Of a stretch of 64,000 nt of DNA, positions 57,696-64,000 are shown piece by piece; the first letter of the stretch is position 1, and each line of letters begins with the position of its first letter. The notes under the pieces are model-generated. The model was not told the DNA's origin and did no database searches. It saw only the letters and a list, made by a program, of their open reading frames with translations. Made by a program: the position numbers and the translations under genes. The stretch covers positions 14,521 through 78,520 of the forward strand of contig CAYFSA010000001.1 of NCBI GenBank assembly GCA_964345605.1, given 5' to 3'. Origin of the DNA: an uncultured Ectothiorhodospiraceae bacterium (lineage in GTDB: Bacteria; Pseudomonadota; Gammaproteobacteria; CAYFSA01).

Positions 57696-59237
57696 TTATT
57701 GTCGCAGCGCCGTAAATACGATTCCTATGACGGGCATACCCATTTCTTGTCGTAATGTGCAAGCATGCCAGTCTTGCAAGGCAAGCCCGCACTGGGCTAG
57801 CACATTGTGCAGATAGTCAAGTGCGTGGCTATACCGCCCATGAGGGTTCAAGTGATATCCCAGGGTGGCCGGCGCCGATAATTGTTCAACCGAACCGGCC
57901 AAACATCCGCCGATTTTCAGTGAACTGGCCACAAAACCGAACAGGGTCTGCAGCGCGCCGAAATAGACCAGGGTATCTGCCGAGACTATAGCATCCAGGC
58001 TTGCTGGCGGTTGCTGCTGAAAAAAGGCGGTCAGTTCCTGCTTGATCAATTCGTCGTAATCACCGCGCAGGCGGGCCTGATCCAACATCGGGCGGGAGAG
58101 ATCCACACCGATTAGCCTTTCAGCGTAGGGCCGCAGGAGTGGACCACAAAGTCCCGTACCGCAACCCGCATCGACGATCGTCATGGCATGATTCGGCGCC
58201 CCCATGCAGCGGGCGAAGGCCTCCACAACCAAATGCGGGGCTTGGTAATCCAAACTGGCCAAACGCCGTTCGAAGCTGTTGGCAAAACCGTCGAACAACG
58301 TCTCGACATAGCGATCATCGGCCTGCGGCGGTATCGCCAAGGCGCCGCAAGCCGCCAACATATGCAGAGCTACTGGATTGCCGGGCTCCTGCTCTGACCA
58401 CTGCTGATAGCAGTGGACTGCCTCCTCCCGGCGACCGCAGGCACTTAGCAACATGCCCAAATAATAATAAGCATTGGTATGTTGGGGATTGATGTCAAGC
58501 GCACGCCGATACGCCGAGATGGCATCTTCCACCAGGCCGCGCTCACGTAAAACGGTAGCCAGCTCGGTATAGGCATCGGCACCCGCTGCCACGGCCCGAC
58601 GATAGATTTGCTGCGCCGCCTCGTGCTGTTGCTGCAGTGCCAGCGCATTACCCAGGTTATGCAGCACTTCCGGCGCTTCTGGCGCCAGTACCAGCGCATG
58701 CTGCAATTGCTCGGTCGCGCCAGGCAAATCTCCCCGCTCCTGCAGTAACCGCCCCAGATTATTGAAGGCCATGGCAAATGACGGCCGCAGTAAAATGGCC
58801 TGACGATAGGCTTGCTCGGCCTCAGCCAAACGTCCCAAGCGCCGCAGCAAAATGCCCAAGTTGTTCCAAACATCTGCAGAGGGGGCGTACTCGAGCCCGT
58901 GTCGATAGGCCAGCTCTGCCTGTTCGAGATTGCCCAAGGTCTGATACACATTGCCTAAATTATTCCAGGCATCGGCATAATCCGGAGACAAGGTGATCGC
59001 CCGTTCCAGATAGTGAATTGCCTGGTCATTGCGCCCCAGCTGATAATGTAATAAGCCAAGAAAATGCAACGCATCGGGCTGCCCGGGACTGTCGGCCAAA
59101 ATCGTTTCATAAATGCGTTTGGCCGCGGCAATTTGGCCTTGCCGCTGGTGCCGCTGGGCAACCGCTAAGGCCTCGCTTATCGGTAGAACAACATCTTCGG
59201 GGGCGGTGGCCATGGCGAAAACCGTGGGTGTTATCAA
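57696..59237 (-). CDS. TPR-repeat protein fused to class I SAM-dependent methyltransferase domain
   Basis: About 8 TPR units (..ALHFLGLLHYQLGRNDQAI..). The C-terminal MTase motif I is IVDAGCGTGLCG. Confidence 0.7.
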   Translation of the reverse strand: MITPTVFAMATAPEDVVLPISEALAVAQRHQRQGQIAAAKRIYETILADSPGQPDALHFLGLLHYQLGRNDQAIHYLERAITLSPDYADAWNNLGNVYQTLGNLEQAELAYRHGLEYAPSADVWNNLGILLRRLGRLAEAEQAYRQAILLRPSFAMAFNNLGRLLQERGDLPGATEQLQHALVLAPEAPEVLHNLGNALALQQQHEAAQQIYRRAVAAGADAYTELATVLRERGLVEDAISAYRRALDINPQHTNAYYYLGMLLSACGRREEAVHCYQQWSEQEPGNPVALHMLAACGALAIPPQADDRYVETLFDGFANSFERRLASLDYQAPHLVVEAFARCMGAPNHAMTIVDAGCGTGLCGPLLRPYAERLIGVDLSRPMLDQARLRGDYDELIKQELTAFFQQQPPASLDAIVSADTLVYFGALQTLFGFVASSLKIGGCLAGSVEQLSAPATLGYHLNPHGRYSHALDYLHNVLAQCGLALQDWHACTLRQEMGMPVIGIVFTALRQ

Positions 59238-59325
59238 AAAAATCGTTACAATTTCGTCATGCCGATTTTAGGCCCGGTCTAACCGGCCGGCTCGGATCAT
59301 GCCGCGACAGACAAACAGGAGTGCC

Positions 59326-60093
59326 TCAGCCAGCTTGGTCATCGGCATATCCTTGGGCGTTTTCCAAACGTTGCCGCAAACGGGCCAGTTCAGTTACTGC
59401 TTCGGCATGCAAGTGATCAAGCTCCTGCATCACCGCTGTACAAGCGCGCTCATTATGCCGGCGTAGACGCCCGCTCATGCTCGACTGCTGCGCTGGCGAA
59501 ACCGAGGGATTGACGCTCGGCAGCACTAATTCTTTGGCCCAAAACCATGGGCTCGCAGCATTGCACCAGGCATTTGCCAATGACGCCGGCAACGACCAAA
59601 TAACGCCCTCACTGGCCCGTGCCAATAAGGTGAATAACTGAGCGCAGTCAGCCTGATTCACCAAGGCAAAGCGTTGTAAAGCATCTGACGCTAACTGCCA
59701 ATTGGAATGGCTCAATCCGGTCATCTTGGAGCGGAGCATTGCGATAACGTCCAAGCTGGTGGCCACCGTCTGTCGGGTCAATTCTGGCCGAGCCTCTTTG
59801 TCATGAGCGACTGGCTGGGCCAAATACCGACGCTGCGCTTGCGCGATTGACCGGCCCCGCCGCTGCATGCTGGCCAAAGTTGTCATACGTTGACTTAATG
59901 CTTGGTATTGATCTGCAGCAGCAGGTAGCTTGAGCGCAGCTCCGGTCAAATCGGCCCAAGGATCGGGATATTGCTGTCTGATCTCGTCATTGGCCGCGGC
60001 GAAATACAGTGCTTGCCAGCCGGCCACGCCATGCTGCTGGGCAAATGCAGCCAGGGAGTCTCCGGCAGCGAGCGTGTAGCGATCATCCGGCAT
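59326..60093 (-). CDS. hypothetical protein with N-terminal LysM-like domain, located between clpV and vgrG
   Basis: YTLAAGDSLAAFAQQHGVAGWQALYFAAAND...LKLP fits the LysM consensus. The remainder is unrecognised. Confidence 0.5.
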   Translation of the reverse strand: MPDDRYTLAAGDSLAAFAQQHGVAGWQALYFAAANDEIRQQYPDPWADLTGAALKLPAAADQYQALSQRMTTLASMQRRGRSIAQAQRRYLAQPVAHDKEARPELTRQTVATSLDVIAMLRSKMTGLSHSNWQLASDALQRFALVNQADCAQLFTLLARASEGVIWSLPASLANAWCNAASPWFWAKELVLPSVNPSVSPAQQSSMSGRLRRHNERACTAVMQELDHLHAEAVTELARLRQRLENAQGYADDQAG

Positions 60094-60182
60094 TGTTCAG
60101 TCTCATGGTTGCTGGCAGAAAACCCTGCAGCCCTGGCAGTTGAGCCGGGCCAGATACCCGAACAGCCATGTTGCCAGGCCGG

Positions 60183-62942
60183 TCAGGCCGCCTCCTTGGT
60201 GGTGTCGAAACGATAGGCAAACTCACCATCCTGCACTGATAAGCGAACGGCCGATAGCACGGCTCCTGCCGACATATGGGTCAAAAATTCTTGACTGATA
60301 CGCGGCAGCAAGGTATTGGTCAAAATCGCATCGACCACCCGTGCGCCACTTTCAACCTCACGGCAACGCTCCGAGATCAATGCAACCACATCTTCGTCAT
60401 AGCTGAAGCTGACTCGATGATTCTCGCGCACCCGGGAAACAATACGATCCAATTGGAGATGGATAATTCGCCCCAGAATCTCGTCACTGAGCGGATAGTA
60501 AGGCACCACGACCAGCCGCCCCAACAGGGCCGGCGGGAACACCTTGAGCAGCGGTTCCCGCAAGGCCTGAGCAATGCCCTCCGGTTCGGGCATGAGTTCC
60601 GGGTCGCGACACATCCCCATAATCAAATCGGTCCCGACATTGGTCGTCAGCAGAATCAATGTATTGCGAAAGTCGATATGACGGCCCTCGGCATCTTCCA
60701 TCCAACCTTTATCAAAAACTTGGAAAAAGATTTCATGCACATCCGGATGCGCCTTTTCAACTTCGTCCAGCAAGACGACGCTGTAAGGGCGTCGCCGTAC
60801 CGATTCGGTCAATACCCCGCCTTCACCATAACCCACATAGCCCGGCGGTGCGCCTTTTAGGGTAGAGACGGTGTGGGACTCCTGAAATTCACTCATATTT
60901 AGGGTAATGATGTTTTGTTCGCCCCCGTAAAGTGCCTCCGCCAAGGCCAAACCCGTTTCTGTTTTCCCCACGCCAGAGGTACCGGTCAGCATAAACACGC
61001 CAATCGGTTTATTGGGATTGTCGAGCCCAGCCCGCGAGGTCTGCACGCGCCGGGCGATCATATCCAGGGCATGCCGCTGGCCGATTACACGCTTTTCCAG
61101 AGCACCGGCGAGATTCAGCACGGCTTCAATTTCATTTTTCACCATACGGCCGACCGGAATCCCAGTCCAATCCGCCACCACCGAGGCTACCGCCTGGGCA
61201 TCGACACTGGGCAGAATCAACGGCCTCTCGCCTTGCAACACCAATAATTCCTGTTGCCTTCGACGTAATTCGGCGAGCGCTTCTTGACGTTGTGCTGCCG
61301 TCATCCCGGGCTCATCGGCGTGGGCCGCCGCAGCGGCCGTCGACGCTGAGTTTTCAGCATGGCCCCCTTGGTCAGACTGAGGCGGCTCAGCCATCGCCAA
61401 TGCGACACCGGTACCGGCTCGCAAGCATTTGCGCAAATCCAATACGTGTGTCACCAATGCCTGCTCCTGTTGCCAGCGGCCCTCCAATTCATGCAGCTCC
61501 TCGGTTGCCTTGGCCAATGCTGCCGCTACCTGCAATTCCCGCTCACCACCCTCGATACCCATCGCTTGTTCCCTGGCCAGGATGGCTTGTTCAGTTTGCA
61601 AGGCTTCAATCCGTCGACGCACATCTTCGACCGCCGCCGGTACAGCATGCTGGCTCACTGCTACACGGGCACAGGCGGTATCGAGGAGACTGACGGATTT
61701 GTCAGGGAGCTGGCGCGCCGGAATGTAGCGATGGGAAAGCTTAACTGCCGCTTCAATGGCTTCATCGAGCACCTGTATTCGGTGGTGCTGCTCCATGGTT
61801 GATGCCACGCCCCGCATCATGATAATGGCTTTGGCCTCGTCCGGCTCATCGACATTGACAACCTGAAACCGTCGTGTCAGAGCAGGATCTTTTTCGATAT
61901 GCTTTTTGTATTCGGCCCAGGTTGTCGCTGCAATGGTTCTCAATGTCCCCCGCGCCAGGGCCGGTTTGAGCAAATTGGCCGCATCCCCGGTGCCCGCCGC
62001 ACCACCAGCGCCTATCAGGGTATGGGCCTCGTCAATGAACAAAATGATGGGCGTCGGCGAGCCTTGCACTGCGTCGATCATCTGCCGCAAACGTTGCTCG
62101 AATTCACCTTTCATACTCGCCCCGGCCTGCAGCAATCCCACATCGAGCACCCTGACTTGCACCCCCTGCAGGGGCGGCGGCACGTCCTGGGCGGCCACCC
62201 TGGCAGCAAAGCCCTCAACAACCGCGGTCTTGCCCACCCCGGCCTCGCCGGTCAATATCGGATTGTTTTGCCGTCGACGCATCAGAATATCGACGATTTG
62301 GCGGATTTCGGCATCACGGCCGACCACCGGGTCGAGTTCGCCACGGTGAGCGCGGTCGGTCAAATCGACCGTATATTGACTTAATGACGCTTGCGCTGCG
62401 GCTGAGCCTCCCTCCGGCAGAGCGCTTGCCGCCGCTGTGTCGGCATCGCCGGCTACCATTTGCTGTTCCGGTGATTCCTGCACAATTTCATTAAAACGAT
62501 CCGATAAGTCGTCAATCTTGATTTTATCGAATTCCCGGGAAATGGCCGGCAGCGCATTGCGCAAACCCGGAGTTTTCAAAATCCCAACGATCAGATGCCC
62601 GCTGCGTACCTGTTTGTCTTTAAATAACAGCGTCGCGTACACCCAGCCGCGCTCCACGGCCTCCTCAACATGCGAGGACAAATCAGAAATCGATGCCGCG
62701 CCGCGGGGCAAACGGTCCAAGGCCGCCACCATATCCTTGGCCAGTCGCGCCGCGTCCATATCATAAGCACGGCTGATACAATGCAGATCGGAATTTTGTA
62801 ACTGCAATAGCTGATGCAGCCAATGCACGAGCTCGACATAGGGATTGCCACGTAACTTACAAAAGCCGGTGGCGCTCTCGATGGCTTTGAAGGCGAGGCT
62901 ATCGAGCTTGGCAAACAAAGCGGCGCGGCTGATATCGGCCAT
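60183..62942 (-). CDS. clpV: type VI secretion system AAA+ ATPase ClpV (TssH)
   Basis: Clp-N domain. Two AAA+ modules (GEAGVGKT; GTSGVGKTE). 919 aa. Confidence 0.95.
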   Translation of the reverse strand: MADISRAALFAKLDSLAFKAIESATGFCKLRGNPYVELVHWLHQLLQLQNSDLHCISRAYDMDAARLAKDMVAALDRLPRGAASISDLSSHVEEAVERGWVYATLLFKDKQVRSGHLIVGILKTPGLRNALPAISREFDKIKIDDLSDRFNEIVQESPEQQMVAGDADTAAASALPEGGSAAAQASLSQYTVDLTDRAHRGELDPVVGRDAEIRQIVDILMRRRQNNPILTGEAGVGKTAVVEGFAARVAAQDVPPPLQGVQVRVLDVGLLQAGASMKGEFEQRLRQMIDAVQGSPTPIILFIDEAHTLIGAGGAAGTGDAANLLKPALARGTLRTIAATTWAEYKKHIEKDPALTRRFQVVNVDEPDEAKAIIMMRGVASTMEQHHRIQVLDEAIEAAVKLSHRYIPARQLPDKSVSLLDTACARVAVSQHAVPAAVEDVRRRIEALQTEQAILAREQAMGIEGGERELQVAAALAKATEELHELEGRWQQEQALVTHVLDLRKCLRAGTGVALAMAEPPQSDQGGHAENSASTAAAAAHADEPGMTAAQRQEALAELRRRQQELLVLQGERPLILPSVDAQAVASVVADWTGIPVGRMVKNEIEAVLNLAGALEKRVIGQRHALDMIARRVQTSRAGLDNPNKPIGVFMLTGTSGVGKTETGLALAEALYGGEQNIITLNMSEFQESHTVSTLKGAPPGYVGYGEGGVLTESVRRRPYSVVLLDEVEKAHPDVHEIFFQVFDKGWMEDAEGRHIDFRNTLILLTTNVGTDLIMGMCRDPELMPEPEGIAQALREPLLKVFPPALLGRLVVVPYYPLSDEILGRIIHLQLDRIVSRVRENHRVSFSYDEDVVALISERCREVESGARVVDAILTNTLLPRISQEFLTHMSAGAVLSAVRLSVQDGEFAYRFDTTKEAA

Positions 62943-63046
62943 AGTTGGCTATCCTCTACCGGGTGAAGTTGAGATTACTGGCCGGTCATTTTGTAGTTTC
63001 AATGAACGCTCAATGAATGGCACGCAGGCCGAATTGTCTCGGCAAG

Positions 63047-64000
63047 TTATAGTCCAGCAGACATCCTTGCCAAGGGGGTTAAAACGAGATCTGCTGCATC
63101 CCCGGCCCCGGCAGGACGATGCCCGAGCCAGGTTGTCCAGCCAAGTTGGCCTGTCTGCCCGAGCACCAATGCCGGCACCTCGTCTTGCAGCAAAATCAAT
63201 TGCACATCCCATTGCAGTTCATCGCCAAGATAATTGCGCACCACCGCGAGCAAGGCGGGTAAACCGGGACCGCCTGGCAGAAACTGTTCGAATCGCTCGC
63301 GGGACAAGGGGCCGATATGGATTCGAAAGCGGTACTGACATTCGAAAGCCTTCACGCCAATGATGGCTGTCTGCCCCAAACTGCCGGTTCGCGGTGAAGC
63401 ACCCAGACGACACCGGTCAGCGACCTCGATGCCAATCCACTCGCCAATAAATTCACTGAGACGAGTAGTGACCAGCAAATAACGGGTAATCATGGCTTCC
63501 AAGCCCTCAGCATTTTTGGCGACGCTTGCCAGACGCCCGGCAAAATACAATTTTGCCTTATCCTGCATCGCATCCCGATGCCGCAGGGATGGCAAACCCA
63601 AGCCGCATAAAGACGCCAGATAATCGCCAAAGCGGTCCTGCTCAGGCCGATCATGATTCACGGTCGGTTGCGCACTCGCCCAGCTCCGATAGAACAATGT
63701 GAGCAAGCGATGATGGAACATGTCAGCAAAGCCCAACAAGGTATGGTCTTTGTGGGACCGGACTCGCTCCAGGGCATATTCGGTCAAATGCAGGGGTAAC
63801 GGACCATGCGGACCGAACAGCCCTAAAAACGCCACGTTGAGCTGCATCACAGCAGGCGCTGGCAGATCTTGGCAAGTTGTCAAGCTCGCTGGCGGGAACG
63901 CCATTGCACAATCCTGCCCCAGACGAATGGGCTCTTCAGTGGGCAGAACCGCTGCGCCGATCCGGGGCTGATCGCTATAGAGACACTCCAGCCATCTCAG
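63047..64000 (-). CDS. tssG: type VI secretion system baseplate protein TssG (5' end beyond window)
   Basis: ..SLAFPPAS.. and LGLFGPHGPLPLHLTEY are TssG hallmarks. The reading frame stays open upstream of the track's Met (...IRLGQDCAMAFPPASL) to the window edge, so the true start lies outside the window. Confidence 0.8.
   Translation of the reverse strand: MRWLECLYSDQPRIGAAVLPTEEPIRLGQDCAMAFPPASLTTCQDLPAPAVMQLNVAFLGLFGPHGPLPLHLTEYALERVRSHKDHTLLGFADMFHHRLLTLFYRSWASAQPTVNHDRPEQDRFGDYLASLCGLGLPSLRHRDAMQDKAKLYFAGRLASVAKNAEGLEAMITRYLLVTTRLSEFIGEWIGIEVADRCRLGASPRTGSLGQTAIIGVKAFECQYRFRIHIGPLSRERFEQFLPGGPGLPALLAVVRNYLGDELQWDVQLILLQDEVPALVLGQTGQLGWTTWLGHRPAGAGDAADLVLTPLARMSAGL

Noticed and set aside
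57540-57700. Sigma-54-like promoter TGGCATGCTTGCA upstream of vgrG
   Set aside because: The GG-to-GC spacing is about 7 nt rather than 10, and the motif overlaps the stop codon of the upstream TPR-methyltransferase gene. Not a credible -24/-12 element.
63905-64000. Separate short TssF 3'-end ORF upstream of tssG
   Set aside because: The sequence upstream of the track's Met is in frame with tssG and matches the conserved TssG N-terminal region (..R.GQ...AFPPAS..). It is therefore treated as part of a 5'-partial tssG rather than a separate gene.

Overview
This GC-rich (~62%) window looks like a gammaproteobacterial chromosome segment, and most of it is housekeeping. Conserved blocks: hemY-hemX-hemD-hemC on the minus strand; an AlgR-like LytTR response regulator and FimS/AlgZ-type histidine kinase divergent from argH, which is Pseudomonas-like synteny; rnhA-dnaQ next to a YafS-like methyltransferase; smpB with ratA/ratB; and the rpoN neighbourhood (kdsC-lptC-lptA-lptB-rpoN-hpf-ptsN-hprK-rapZ-EIIA(Man)-NPr). 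Also present are argG, mlaA, mpl, ubiX, trx, mazG and rnd. Accessory content, in order: (i) a secreted trypsin-like protease and a CAP/PKD/dockerin-repeat protein sitting between hemC and the LytTR regulator; (ii) a ~3.4-kb decayed islet (HicAB, ParD/ParE-like TA, an IS91/integrase remnant, a GNAT pseudogene) bracketed by ~70-bp hairpin-containing direct repeats and abutting the 3' end of a dynamin-like membrane GTPase gene; (iii) a minus-strand cluster of a Gly/Tyr-rich secreted protein, an orphan ParA, a possible small TM ORF, a secreted TPR-like protein and a dynamin-like GTPase; (iv) an RND pump/adaptor pair whose pump carries a ~300-aa disordered C-terminal tail; (v) an operon of three paralogous small Cys-motif proteins plus a RibD_C/DHFR-fold reductase; (vi) an FHA/PP2C pair; (vii) a 4x ~77-bp tandem hairpin repeat between dnaQ and smpB; (viii) the distal end of a type VI secretion locus (tssG partial, clpV, LysM protein, TPR-methyltransferase, vgrG, DUF4123 adaptor) with a small SAM-methyltransferase-like gene in the effector slot. 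No tRNA, rRNA or CRISPR array was recognised. All calls rest on motif-level reading of the supplied translations; no database searches were run.
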